Assembly: GCA_000934665.2 (NCBI GenBank)
Contig: JYFJ02001691.1
Location: 1-64,000 of the forward strand
Direction of reading: 5' to 3'
DNA: 64,000 nucleotides
Origin: Catajapyx aquilonaris
Taxonomy: Eukaryota
Shown here: piece after piece, positions 1 through 12,582 of the stretch
Numbering within the stretch: position 1 is the stretch's first letter
Layout: each line of letters starts with the position of its first letter
Notes under the pieces: generated by a model
Told to the model about the DNA's origin: nothing
What the model saw: only the letters and a program-made list of their open reading frames with translations
Database searches by the model: none
Program-made: the position numbers and the translations under genes

Positions 1-49
1 GGGGGGGGGTCAATTGTCTGATTTCCTCCCCCCCCTGGATCCGCGCCTG
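1..49. mobile_element. Right end of a probable hAT-like MITE (truncated by window start)
   Basis: Ends CCCCCCCTGGATCCGCGCCTG, the reverse complement of a CAGGCGCGGATCCAGGGG-type MITE terminus. The other end is not visible. Confidence 0.4.
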
Positions 50-56
50 CATTTGA

Positions 57-234
57 CCCAGTATTACTCAGTATTACCCATTATTACCCATTATTACCCA
101 TTATTACCCTAGAATATTATATTGAAGATTTTCTCTGATTACGTGCTTATGACTATCATGATTACATATTAGTGCTACATGCTTACCAGGATTACCAAAC
201 GAAGTGTACACCAGATGACCACCAGAGACCTCGA
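57..234 (+). mobile_element. Partial GATTAC-minisatellite MITE (right half)
   Basis: ATTACC repeats followed by the family's right subterminal block TTACCAAACGAAGTGTACACCAGAT, as at ~8450 and ~54770. Confidence 0.7.
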
Positions 235-944
235 GTAATAGTTACCGAATAGATCAGCCCACATCGTAAATCTGTTAATTTTGACTGGGAACAAATGCCT
301 CTGATGGGTAGATCTCACTATGTCTACCTCTGGTGACTCAGGTGATGCATTTAGTTACATCGAGGTTAAGATTAATTACAAAATTTTAAAAATAATACAT
401 ACTATTAAAATCCGTCATGATTTGTTTGCTGTCAGGCAGTAGGCAAAATCCCGGCAAACGCCTCACGAGTGTTCGCAAATATGGCCGCCACACCTCTCAG
501 CTGATCCGCTCCCCCCTCGTGACGTCATGTGAATACTAGCTATGTGAAAGAATTCGGTTTTCTGGCGTCAAAGCCATCTTGATCTATCAGCTTGAACAAA
601 TCCAAGTCCGTTTGGCCTATAAATGGGACGGATAGGCTACTGGAGAAGGGGACGCGAGCTTTGGAGGGGTTTAAAGAAATGGGACGCTGGGGTTACACCA
701 CAAGGTTTACCCGACTATCAGTATCCGTTCGCGGAAAACCGGATTTTGGTAGACCCCACCTTTTCTCCCCTTCCCCCCAACTTAACGATTTATTCAGGAC
801 AAACAGTTACTCGAGCACTCTAGCAAGGTGAAGCTTCACCTACTGTCATCTGTCAGAAAAAGTACGAGTCTGGTGGTATAACAGACCAGGGGCAAAGGCT
901 TCCCAAGGAAGAACGCCTTATGTCCACATATGACGTTTCGCCGG

Positions 945-1725
945 AAGAAATTTCATATCGGGTGACCAAATTTGGCAGGGGTAGGGGCACGCCAACCTAC
1001 CCCATGACCTAACTGTCCTTCCCGGCGGATACACTTCTACATTCAGCAAATGCGTCTGTCTTCGGCGGATGCACTTCTACATTCAACAAATACGTCTGTC
1101 TTCAACGGATACACCCCTATCATTCGGCAGATACTATCCTAGGAAAATAGGTTAAAGTACGGTGTCTCCCGAAATGAAAGCGTAGCTCTAGTATAGTACC
1201 ACATATATAATTTTAGTAGTAGCTACTAGTATAGCAGTTATATTTAGCAGTAGCTACTAGTATAGTAGCTATATTTAGCAGTAGCTACTAGTATAGTAGC
1301 TATATTTAGCAGTAGCTACTAGTATAGTAGCTAATAGTAGGTAATAGTATAGTAGCTAATAGTAGGTAATAGTGTAGTAGCTAATAGTAGGTAATAGTAT
1401 AGTAGTAGCTACTAGTATAGCAGTTATATTTAGCAGTAGCTACTAGTAGCTAATAGTATAGTAGTAGAGCTACTACAGTACTATACTATTAGCTATTATT
1501 AGCTCTAATAGTAGCTAATAGTAGTTATATTTTTAGTAGTAGCTACTAGTAGGTACTAGAAAGGACTTCCATATCGCCTGACCGAATTAGGCAGGGGTAG
1601 AGGCACGCTGTACCAAAGTACTCCCAGCGGATACACCCCTATCCCTCAGCTGTTACGCGCCTATTTTTCATCAGACACAACCTTAGCAAAATACTCCAGA
1701 TATGAAAGCGTAGCCGTTTCTCCTT
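945..1725 (+). repeat. Two copies of an interspersed repeat separated by a TAGTAG/AGCTAC minisatellite (~1190-1560)
   Basis: Blocks TTCATATCG..GACC..ATTTGGCAGGGGTAG, CGGATACAC and ATGAAAGCGTAGC occur at ~950-1190 and ~1562-1720. Related copies lie at ~27197-27745 and ~28340-28440 (minus). Confidence 0.65.
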
Positions 1726-2323
1726 GGGACGCCAGGGCCTCTCAGAGAAAACCGCCATAGACCTGATTCTAGATTCGGTTTTTAGAATATCCACCGCTTC
1801 CTGCTATCCAGGACTATTTACACTATCAGTTATGTATATTCTCACAACTTCCCCTCCCTCCACTTTTTTTTACAACTGGTCCTATGCCTCGGAAAAGCGC
1901 CTTCATTTGGGAGGTCCCGTTGCCAAACACCAAGTTCCGCCCCTGTTAATGGAAGGGCTGGAAAGTGCAGAGCCCCCTCCCGGCCTCCACCAAAAACTAA
2001 ACTCACCCTGCCCCCCACCAAAACCCATCCCTCTGTTTGCAACCTCAACCGCGAGGTAATCTCTTTGCTCTAAGGGTATGGAAGGGGAGAGGGGGAATGG
2101 GGCTTCTGTTTGGTGAACAAGAGCAGAACAAGTGAGCAAATCACATTCACCTGTTCTGTTCTAACTTTGATGGTGTTGACGGAAGGTGAAAGGGGAGTGC
2201 CATTTTAATAAAGGGCGTATCATACACGTGGACGCCTTTCAGACAATTGAGAATGGCTGTAGATGGAGCTCAGAACCGCTCAGGATCGCACCACGTTGGG
2301 CGCCATGGTCACGTACCAGCACC

Positions 2324-2568
2324 TTCTGCTAAGGCTCAACACTGACGCCAGGGGGTGGTTCTCCTCCTGGAAATTTGGCCACTCTGGGGATCTTTAACGT
2401 GCACTCGCGCAGTCACAAGCACACGGGACCGACGGCTTTACGTCCCCTCCGAAGGAAGGTGCACTCTCACTTTTCTACCACCCGGAGAAAAGTCACCGAC
2501 CTCGGCCGGGTTCGAACCCACAACTTTGGGATCAGAGGCGAGCGCGCTACCCCCAGCCCACCGGAGCA
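2324..2568 (-). mobile_element. tRNA-derived SINE with Deu/Nin-like central domain
   Basis: Minus-strand B-box GGTTCGAACCC. Body TCCTTCGGAGGGGACGTAAAGCCG...GTGCACGTTAAAGATCCC resembles the Deu/Nin domain as I recall it. 11-bp TSD GTACCAGCACC at 2313-2323 and 2569-2579. Confidence 0.8.
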
Positions 2569-2579
2569 GTACCAGCACC

Positions 2580-3595
2580 GTGATCACACCACCATTTGTC
2601 ACGCACCATGGACACCATGATCACTCGCTAGGCGCCATGGTAGCCATACAACCCGTTTATAATAATAGCCTCGTCTCCGGGTGTCTCCCGACTGTTTACA
2701 AAGCAGGTAGCCTCTACCCAGACCCTCCACCGAATATAGACACATCACGGCATCTACCATGGTCACGCGCTGGGGGCCATGGTCACCAGGGTGATAGCAA
2801 CTCCCCCAAAAAGTGTATACCAGATCCTGGAACCGGGAGGTTCCACGCCGGTTCCAGGCCGGTTCCAGGCCGGTTATAAGCCGGTTCCGCCTGGTTCCTT
2901 GGCCAGTATGTACATCGGTTCCAGGGAGTTGCTAACCCCTTATGGTCACGTACCATATGCGCCATTGGTCGCCCCTACAACCCATTTGTAAGTATAGCCT
3001 CGTCTCTGTCCTATGAGTTAAGACCTCTCTGGGTCATCTTTTCTGACCCCAGTAGCCGGTTTATTTGGACTAGCCTCTACTTAGACCGCCACACGACTGT
3101 TAACAAAGTATGAAGCCTCCTTTCAGGTCTGCACTATTGTGTATGTGAGTTCTAACCTCTTTAGGTCATCTTTCCTGACCCCAGTCACATATGTGTAGCC
3201 TGTTTATTCGGACTAGCCTCTACTTAGGCCGCCACACGACTGCTTACAAAGTAGGTAGTCTCCACCCAGGTCCACTCTAGTGTGAGTGAGAGTTAAGACC
3301 TCCCTTTCTGACATTATTAGCCTGTTTATTCGGGGACTTAGGTTGCCTCACGACTTGTACAAAGCAGATAGCCTCTACCCACTAGTCTGTACATAGGCCG
3401 CCACACGACTGTTTACAAAGCAGGTAGTCTCTACCCAGGTTCACTCTATAGTATGTGAGTTAAGACCTCTCGGTCATATCTCCTGACCCGAGTCACATAG
3501 GAGTGTGATAGTGCCATATTTATTTGAATTAGCCTCTACTTAGTCTTAGGCCTGACTGAATACAAAGCAAGTAGCCTCCTCCCAGGTTCTAGAGC
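2580..3595 (+). repeat. Degenerate satellite-like 'GAGGCTA' interspersed family
   Basis: Recurrent units CACGACTGTTTACAAAGCAGGTAGCCTCTACCCAG and TTATTCGGACTAGCCTCTACTTAGGCC. Related tracts lie at ~6070-7670, 12380-13340, 13950-14050, 16750-17210, 23770-24660, 30010-30130 and 34680-34750. Confidence 0.7.
2787..2941. mobile_element. P-like MITE with GGAACC/GGTTCC internal repeats (short copy)
   Basis: Termini ..TAGCAACTCCC / GGGAGTTGCTAACCCCT. 8-bp TSD ATGGTCAC at 2779-2786 and 2942-2949. Confidence 0.8.
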
Positions 3596-3612
3596 GCCAT
3601 CTAGTGGAATTA

Positions 3613-3868
3613 TTTTATTTATTATTTCATACCCCGTGCTGTAGCTTTGGCTCCCTTAGGGGGGTGGATTACCACCATTGGATGGGACCAGGGATAGGGA
3701 AGGAAGGAAGCGGCTGTGGCCTAATGGAAACGACCCCGGAATTGTCCTGGAGGGGACCATGGAAAACCACAGAAAACCATGGTCAGGGTCGCCGGTCCCG
3801 GGATTCGAACCCAGGACCTCCCGATTACCAGGGGGGCTCCTTATCCCCTACACCACCCTGCTTCGGTG
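3613..3868 (-). mobile_element. tRNA-derived SINE family A
   Basis: Minus-strand B-box GGTTCGAATCCC, body GGTTTTCTGTGGTTTTCC...GGCCACAGCCGCTTCCTTCC and an A-rich tail. 14-bp TSD ATCTAGTGGAATTA at 3599-3612 and 3869-3882. Confidence 0.9.
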
Positions 3869-4500
3869 ATCTAGTGGAATTAATCATACAGGGTGTCCCA
3901 TAACGTCCCTCACATTAGCCCCTAACCCCATTTTATAGACCGTAATTCAAGCTCCAATTTGCGAATAGATCATCCAGGAATAGTGTTGTTTCCTCCAGTC
4001 AGCCGCGTCTAATGATATCTGTCTCTTGTAAACCCCCGCCTGGAACGGGGTTTAGAACACAACTCAGTCAAAACCGCTTTTCCGTGGCCTTCCGCCGACA
4101 GGCACCCCGAGGTTGCTGGCTAATGATTACCATTTTCACCAAAGGCAAAATACCCTATTCAGGGTCTATAGGGTCGACGGGGTCGACATGGGGTGAAATA
4201 GATGGTGGGGGGAGGATAGAGTATAGGGAAAAATACAGGGGGCAAAAAGTGAACAACACCGTAGGCTACACCGCGTGCGATTGGTAAAGGAAAAGGGGGT
4301 GGAGCGATGAAATATTCATACGCTAATTTTTAAAAAAAGTGCGATCGATGAGTGTCTTTTTTCGGCGGAACGTTATTCCGCCGAGAGTTAATCGGTGGAA
4401 ACTTGCTGTTTTCTAAGATTTTTGGGGGGCAATTTTAGACTTTCTCATCGTAAAATATTTATAGAACTGTTCTGTCCGTCTGTGGACATGTATCAGGGCC

Positions 4501-5415
4501 AGGTGGTCTCTAGTGGCTCTGCTACTGGCCGACTAATCGGGAGGTCCATGGTTCAAATCCCGTCCCCGTCAACCGACGCAGTTTGGTGGCTTGGATAAGG
4601 TGTCCGACTGCTAATCGGGAGGTCCTGGGTTCGAGTCCCGGGGCCGGCAATCCTAACCCTGGTTTTCTGTGGTTTCCCACTGTTCCCCCAGGAGAATTCC
4701 GGGATTGCTTCTTAATAATAGGCCACAGGCGCTTCCTTCCTTTTCTACCCTTGTCCCGTCCATGAGGAGGTGCGGTGTCGGTGGAGAGTTTCTGACCCGC
4801 ATCTAGGGGGTCATCTTGGCGAACGGGGCCCCTGATGGACTGCACACGACCCCCACCATGAGACATTACACTTGCACCAGTGTCCCCTCATTATCCCTAT
4901 CCTGTCCCCTGCACCAGGTGGTGGTATTCCACTCTCCTAAGAGGGCCTAGGGCCCTAGCACGGGATGCAACAACAACAACAGCAACAGCAACAGCAACAG
5001 CAACAACAACAACAAATCCCGTCCCCGTCACCTTCGCTTGGTCGGGTCTTTTTCCGATCTTCACCCGACATGTCCGGGCAGAATTTCACTCCCTTTTCTT
5101 CCCAGGGCCAGGAGAAAAGGTTTGGTATTTAAGAGGGTCATAAATGGTAGTCTAGTGGCTATGCTACTGGCCAACCGAGCGGGAGGTCCGGGGTTCAAAT
5201 CCTGTCCGCATCACCTTCGCTCGGTCGGGTCTTTTTCCGATTTTCACCCGACATGTCCGGGCAGAATTGCACTCCTTTCTCTGCCCATGGCCAAGAGAAA
5301 AGGTTGGTATTTAAGAGGGTCAGAAATTATTACTCTTAAGAGCGCCCTGCCTTCCCCACCTAAGAGGGCCTCTGGCCCTATCACGGGGTATTAAAACAAA
5401 CAAACAAACAAACAA
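4501..5415 (+). mobile_element. tRNA-derived SINE family C (dimeric) with (CAAA)n tail
   Basis: Two heads (~4501 and ~5145) with GGTTCAAATCC B-boxes. Body CAGAATTGCACTCC...GGCCAGGAGAAAAGG. 11-bp TSD GTATCAGGGCC at 4490-4500 and 5416-5426. Confidence 0.85.
4572..5012 (+). mobile_element. SINE family A nested in SINE C
   Basis: A-box-like TGGCTTGGATAAGG, B-box GGTTCGAGTCCC and a (CAA/CAG)n tail. 18-bp TSD CAAATCCCGTCCCCGTCA at 4554-4571 and 5013-5030. Confidence 0.9.
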
Positions 5416-6995
5416 GTATCAGGGCCTAAACCGCTAGAGATAGAGACAAACGGTTTTCATATTCGAATTCAGCGGATCGGAAATAGGTTTCGTGGTCAAC
5501 TTCCGGTGACGTGCCACTTCCCGTTTTCCAGGTCAACTCTATCCGCCAAGGTCAAGGGGTTCCTTGTAAACCGGGAATTAGACTGTCAACATTCTATGTC
5601 GTTGTTGTCCAGTCGGAATTACTTTGGCAATGAAAAAAGGCTTTCTCGAATATTAGGCTCAAAAATCGCAACAGTTATGCTCAACTATTATTTTCTGCTC
5701 ACTAATGAACTGCGAAGTGTGCAATTTCCACATTATAGAGCTAGTATGTGTCCGAAACTTTTCTGGACATATCACACGCAATTTTCCGCTTAATTGACCA
5801 CCCTCACCACCTGGTTGTGGTCAGTTAGGCCCGGTTCGAAACATGCCAGACTTTCAAAGGTCCGACTTTTTTTTTGTTAAAACCCCCAGACGCATTGCAG
5901 TAATGGACCAAATCAGAAGTGTGGTCAGGTATTGGGCCGGCAACTGATTAAGGCCACTGATTAGACGCTGACCTGTAGCTTTTCTCTCCAGGGAAGTTTT
6001 CCAGCTTTGTCTGGACAACCCTAGTACAGGGTGGGTCAAATAAGACAGGTAGAGGGTCGACAACCAGGCGTAAATGGTGACCCATGGCGTCTAGGGTACG
6101 TGACAATGGCGCCCAAAGTGTGACCATGGCGCCCAGCGTGTGACCATGGCGCCCAACGTGTGGCTATAGCGCCCAGCGTGTGACCATGATAGATGCCGTG
6201 ATCCCGTAATGTGTCTATATCCGGTGGTGGGTCTGGGTAGAGGCTACCTGCTTTGTACTCAGGCGTGTGGCGGCCTAAGTAGAGGTTAGTGAGAATTAAA
6301 CCGGTTGACAACACCCCTGTGTGACTCTTTGGGGTAATAAAATATGACCTAGAGAGGTCAGAAGTCACAGTGTGGGTCTGGATAAAGACTACAGGCTTTG
6401 TAAACAGTTGGGAGACAGCCGGAGACGAGGCTAGGCTGATAAACAGGTTGTAGTGTGACAAATAGCGCCCAGCATGTTGCTCTCACTACAGGTAGCCTGT
6501 GTGACTGAGGTCAGGATATATGACCTAGAAAGGTTAGAACTCGCCTACACAATAGTGTGGACATGGGAAGAGGCTATCTGTAGTGTAAACAGTCGTGTGT
6601 ATGCCTAACTAGAGGCTGGTCCGAATAAACAGGTTGACCATACCCCTGTGACTGGGGTCCGGAGATATGACCGAGAGAGGTCAGAACTTACACTCGTACA
6701 TACACAATAATGTGGACCTGGGTAGAGACGACCTGCTTTGTATCCAGTCGTGAGTCGTCCTATGTACAGGCTAGTGAGAATAAACAGGCTGACAATTTGG
6801 AGTCAGAAAGGGTGACCAGAGAGGTCAGAACTCATACACAATATAGTGGACCTGGATAGATGCTACCTGATTTGTATACAGTCGTGTCTAGGCCTAACTA
6901 GAGGCTAGTCCTAATAAACAGGCCACGACCCAGTGTGACTGGGGCCAGGAGGTATAACCTAAAATGGTCAGCACTCACTGAGCACTTATAGATGC

Positions 6996-6997
<2 letters not shown>

Positions 6998-7065
<68 letters not shown>

Positions 7066-7398
7066 GTACCCCGTTGTGGGCCTAAGCCCTATAGGGGGGT
7101 GGCTCACCACCATCAGTTTTCTATGCGTATTACACTTTTTCTTCATACACCGGTGCAAGGAGTCAAGGATGTCGGGTAGGGGAAGGGATTTTTGGGGAGG
7201 GAACGTAGGTGCAAGTGCAATGTCTACAACTGGGTCATGTGCTGTCCCCCAGGAGGTTAGGTTGCCAGACACCTCCTTGGTGCAGGTCAGAGACCCTCCT
7301 GACGCAGGCGAAAGGAAAGTTCCCCAGGCGGGGATCGAACCTGGGGCCTTTCGCTCAGCAAGCCGTGACGTTACCATCACGGCCACCACACCTCCCCC
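6998..7398 (-). mobile_element. tRNA-derived SINE family B with (TAA)n tail
   Basis: Minus-strand TGGCCGTGATGG A-box and GGTTCGATCCC B-box. 15-bp TSD CACTTATAGATGCTA at 6983-6997 and 7399-7413. Second copy at 48736-49101. Confidence 0.9.
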
Positions 7399-8143
7399 CA
7401 CTTATAGATGCTACCTGCTTTGTATCAAGTCGTGTGTCGGCCTAAGTGGAGGCTGTGCAGAATAAACAGGTTGAGCACATCCCTAGATGAACCTAGAGTG
7501 GTCAGAACGCACAGTGTGGGCCTGGATATAGACTTCCTGCTTTGCAAACAGTCGGGATGCAGTCGGAGACGAGGCTAGACTTTTAAACAGATTTGTACGG
7601 CCCAGCATGCTTCACAAATGGCGCCCAGGTGTGTGACCGTCACAATGGCGCCCAGCGTAGGTGCTCACCACACTAGCAATAACTTCATACAGAAATAATC
7701 ACAAATCGTAAGAGAAGCCGAATTGGTCCCATTGTGAAGGATAAGGGCATACGTCAGCCAGAGTGACCGTCTTGTAAGAGTAAGCGGGAAGATGGCGGTG
7801 GTGGCAAAACGAAGCAGTCTCATCCGTCTGGTTCCCTGGCCTGAGTCCAACCGATCTATAATTACGATGTCCATAAAACGAATGGGGCCCTGCGTATTCG
7901 ACGCAATTCAATCACCGAACGGGGCAGAGGCTCCGAAATTGGGCACATTCGTTGTCCATCCCCCCGGTCTTCCCTCCCCCGCTTTCCCCTACCTTGGACT
8001 CTTTCTTGGCAAAGGACCGCCGTTTCTTCCAACTTCCTCGCCATTTTCTTTTCCCCTATTTGACTTGGAAGTCGAAAGCAGACAAAGGCTGGACATTGAC
8101 AGAAAATACTGGCTTGCTGGCTCATTATGATTAGACCCCCAGT

Positions 8144-8826
8144 CAAGGGGTTACCCACTCTCTTAAGAAGTGTACACCATGATTACGCATGATTACACTA
8201 AATTACCTTAGGATTACCCATTATTACACAGATTACCTTAGGACTACACTATATAACCTTATGATTACATTATATTACTTTATGATTACATTATATTACT
8301 TTATGATTACATTATATTACTTTATGATTACATTGTATTTCTTTATGATGACCCTATCTAGATTACGTTATGATTATTTTGAGATTTTCTATGATTACGT
8401 ACTTATGATTATCATGGTGACCTATGATTGCTACAAGATTACCATGATTACGAAACGAAGTGTACATCAGATTACCAGAGTGGGTAACCTCTAGGGTATT
8501 CGTGAGGTAATCTAGCGTAATCATAAGGTAATCTGGGTAATAATGGTAATCATATGGTAATCTGGGTAATCATAAGGTAATCTGGGTAATCATAAGGTAA
8601 TCTGGGCAATATATTATAGGTATTCATAAGGTAATCTGGGCAATACATTATCGTAGGTATACATAAGGTAATAGTGTAATCTAGGTAAATCATAAGGTAA
8701 TCTAGTGTAGGCTAAATCATAAGGTAATTTAGGAAAATTATAAGGTAATCTAGTGTAGGCTAAATCATAAGGTAATATAGTGTAATCACAAGGTGTACAC
8801 TTCTTAGGATAGTGGGTAATCCCTTG
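8144..8826. mobile_element. Two inverted GATTAC-minisatellite MITEs forming a composite
   Basis: Complete + copy at 8144-8494 (CAAGGGGTTACCCACTCT...AGAGTGGGTAACCTCTAG) plus a truncated - copy at 8495-8826 ending AGTGGGTAATCCCTTG. Confidence 0.85.
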
Positions 8827-9489
8827 GGCTGGACATTCGTGACAGAAAATCCTGGCTTGCTGGCTCATTATGAAGACCCCCAGGTTTTTAACTAGGTAAT
8901 GAGCCTATACAGAAAGTAATCACACATGCCACTAGCGTATACTCATTATGTGCCCCCCATGCCCCTCCCCCCCTCTTCACAATTTTTGAAATAATTGTCT
9001 GAGTTCGGGTCATCAGAGAGTGACATGATTTTGTTAGCCTTTTTATTTCCAGTACCACATGTTCATTATTCCATCATCATTAAAATTTTGCAGTATGTCA
9101 GAGGGCATTTTAGCCCCCCCCCCCNNCCCCCCCCCCGCCCCCTCGAGGGGGGTTATTCAAATTGGTGTTCTTTTCCCCGGCAGCCATCACTTTTCACCAG
9201 CGTTGTGTCCCTCTTAATGCCTCATTATTTCATGGAAAATTGTGTATCCTTTTAATTACGATCATTACCTAAAATATCAAACTTGTTCATCAGGTCAACT
9301 AATTATCGAGGGAAAAAAGGGATGATTTGCAGGGTAGGGATGCCCTAGGGTCACTTAGGGGGTCGGATGAAAGGTCAGGTTAGTAACAATGGGAGGTTGG
9401 AATATATTGTTTAGCTAGATCAATTATTATTAGTTGAACTTCATGTGTTTGCAACAATATGTTCACAATAGTGTCTCACGATTTATATG

Positions 9490-10030
9490 TTATTACTAGT
9501 ATTGCACTAGTAGTAATTTATTTAGTACTGCACTAGTAGCAATTTATTTAGTATTGCACTAGTAGTAATTTATTTAGTATTGCACTAGTAGTAATTTATA
9601 TACAGTAGGCCTACTAGCAGTGATATATTTAGTAATGTATTAGTAGTGGGTTATTTAGTAATGCATTAGTAGCGGGTTATTTAGTAATGCATTAGTGGTG
9701 GGTTATTTAGTAGTACACTGGAAGTGCAGTACTTTATTTAGTAGTGCACTAGTAGTGGTTTATTTAGCAGTGCACTAGTAATAATTTATTTAGTAGTTAT
9801 GTTTTAGTAGTGATTTTAATAATACACTAGTAGTGACTTTAGTAGTGCACTAGTAGTGACTTTAGTAGTGCACTAGTAGTGATTTTAGTAGTGCACTAGT
9901 AGTGATTTTAGTAGTGCACTAGTAGTGATTTTAGTAGTCTATAATGTGCTGGTAGTGATTTATACACTAGTAGTTATATATTTAGTAGTGATTTATTTAG
10001 TAGTGCTCTAGTTATTATTCATATACTAGT
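9490..10030. repeat. TAGTAG/GCACTAG minisatellite (~21-24 bp units)
   Basis: Tandem TTTAGTAGTGCACTAGTAGTGA-type units. Confidence 0.9.
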
Positions 10031-11056
10031 AGCGAACCCGTTGCCAAAATTGGGCAACAGTGCCCCTCCCCACTTGGACGTAGTACAATAAGCCACTACC
10101 AGTTGGCACATCGTGTTGTGTCCTGCCATTATTGTACAGATAAATTCGTAACAATTATTGTATCTACATGCACCTATGAGTCAACCCATAGGGACAAAGT
10201 CACGCCTAGCCAATTTTATATATTCGATATTATAATACAGTATATAGCAAAACTTCGTTGTATATGTCTTTTCACATTTTTTGGTCCCATCTCTCTGATT
10301 GGCTCACACTAATCTGCATCTTGTATGGACCCCCTCATTGTTGTAACCGGTTGTAACCCCCCCCCCCCCCAACAATAAAACACACCAGTTGTGTGGTATT
10401 CCGTGCAAACCGTACCAAATGTCAGGTTTGAACTTTTGATCCCTTAATAATTAATGCAATTATTCATTCATTATTCCGGTCCATGTCTGATCTGGTGCGT
10501 TGCCAATTGCGCACATTGCACATACACATGAGTTAGCAACAATGAAACCGATTTTTTGACATCAGAAATAGACATATTTAATTGCTATTGGTTGAACCAA
10601 AGATTACACTAGTTTTATGAATCTAGTGTTTTGAGAGGGGAAAAAATAGTTGATCCAATTATCAGTCCAGTGAATCGACGTAATTTCCATATAAATCACA
10701 CTTTGTAATCAAGCTAAATGGAATAACAAGGAGACACATGATTGAACACTAGTGTTAGGCTCCCATTTTATCAATTCTGCGGATTAGAGAGTGTGTAACT
10801 TTCCATCATCCAAAAATGGTTGGGGTTAAGTGACATGGATTATGGAATTTGGGGAGTTCATATATTATTTTTGTAGGTGGCTAGGGGGGGGGGGTTATTA
10901 AAATGGGGTTGAAAGCACAAGCCACGGGATTGGGTGTTAATAAAATTATAGATGGTGGCGGTGTGGACCAATCAAATTCGCTGCAATATCCGGTATCAAC
11001 CGTCAAGTGAATCAAGTTGAAACGGCTTCAGAATAGCCTGTTGAACCTTATAATGT

Positions 11057-11465
11057 TAACTGAACCGAATCTAGCCGAATTGAGCCGAATTGAACCTATC
11101 TAAACCGAATCTATCCGAACTGAACCGAATCTAGCCGAATTGAACCGAATCTAGTCGAACTGAACCGAATCTAACCGAATTGAGCCGAACTAAACCGAAT
11201 CTAGCCGAATTGAGCCGAAATAAACCGAATCTAGCCGAATTGAGCCGAACTAAACCGAATTGAGCCGAATGGAACCGAATTGAACCGATCTAAACAGAAT
11301 CTAGCTGAACTGAACCGAATCTAGCCGAAATGAACCGAATCTAACCGAATTGAGCCGAACAAAACCGAATCTAGTCGAACTGAGCCGTGTCTAACCGTAC
11401 AGGACCGAATATAACCGAACTGAAACGAACTGAACCGAACTGAAACGAACTGAACCGAACCTAAT
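11057..11465. repeat. AACCG(A) minisatellite array
   Basis: Tandem GAACCGAATCTAGCCGAATT units. Related arrays at ~45225-47465 and ~57625-58800. Confidence 0.9.
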
Positions 11466-11484
11466 GCGACCGTTGCGTTTTCTT

Positions 11485-11895
11485 CTCACAAAACGTCCTG
11501 TCGCCAAGAGAGTACAGGGTACATTCAACAGTTTTTCAGATATTGACAATGTTACGGACCTTTACCTACACTTACAAGCCTAATAACCATGTTTATGTCA
11601 TGTCTTCAAGACGGTACATGCTACATTTGACCTACAGCTCACACTCCAAGTGGCTAAAAGTCATTGATCCACGACAGTTGACAGTAGATACGGACACTTA
11701 CCTAAGCTTATTTGTCTAATAAATATGTTTGTGTTCCGTCTTCAAGACGGTACAGGGTACATTCGACAAACAGCTCATGACAGTGGTTGAAAGTGATTGA
11801 TGCACGACAGTAATGGACCTTTACCCTGCTTTATTTTAGATTTAGACTAATGAGATGTTCACAAAATGTCCTGTCTCCAAGCCGGTACATTCCTC
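11485..11895. repeat. ~120-bp degenerate tandem repeat (about 4 units)
   Basis: Recurring GTCTTCAAGACGGTACA..TACATT...ACGGAC.CTTACC blocks. Confidence 0.7.
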
Positions 11896-12582
11896 CCCAG
11901 CTCCAAGCCTGAACTTTGCCCCCAGCTTCCCTCCAAGGCGTCTGCTTCAACTGATTACATCCTAGAAATCCTCTAGGTTGATAACTTTCTACCAATGTTG
12001 TTTGCAGCAACCTCCGAGGTGTACCCTACGCTAATGACCGCCATTGAAGGTCCTTTGGCTGGAATCGGGAGCAAAACCTCAATCCCCGTAGCTTGGCCAT
12101 CCCCAGCCAGAAGCTGACTCAGCATCTTCCTTCCTTCCTTCCTTCCTTCCTTCCCCCTCTCCATGCCTTGCCTTCCCCACCTAATTAACCTCGATTCAGC
12201 CCCAATCAGTCTTGCAAGGGAAGGGAGTCAAGCCAGAAGAGAACAAAGGGAATAAGGGGGAGGAAAGGGAGGTTGCGCCATCTGATGAGGGAGCGTTGTT
12301 CGATCAGATTGAGATGTCATGTGATCACCAACTGCGTGTCATCCAGGATGCAATGGACTTCCGTTGCTAGGTCGGAGATATCCTGATGGTCAGGCTACCC
12401 GGCAACCAGGCGGTCCATACAGATGCGTCTATAGCTGGAGGGGCACCTGAGTGGAGGCTACCTGGTTTGTAAACAGTCTGGTGCAGGCAGGAGACGAGGC
12501 TATTCTTATAAACAGGTTGTATGGGCCATGGTCCATGACAAGTGGCGCTCAACGTGAGTGACCAGTGGACGAGAGGTTGTTC

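Larger units (their letters stand above)
4437..5652 (+). mobile_element. HINE/DINE-1-like element interrupted by nested SINEs
   Basis: Family core TGTCCGTCTGTGGACA.GTATCAGGGCCTAAACCG...TTCAGCGGA...GTCAACTTCCGGTGAC is split at 4500/5416. Confidence 0.6.

Noticed and set aside
10028..10417. Possible second solo LTR (AGTAGCG...CGTACCA with AATAAA)
   Set aside because: No TG start and no TSD found.
12281..12310. Hammerhead ribozyme core CTGATGA (also ~16483, ~35578)
   Set aside because: No correctly placed stem II plus GAAA was found by eye.
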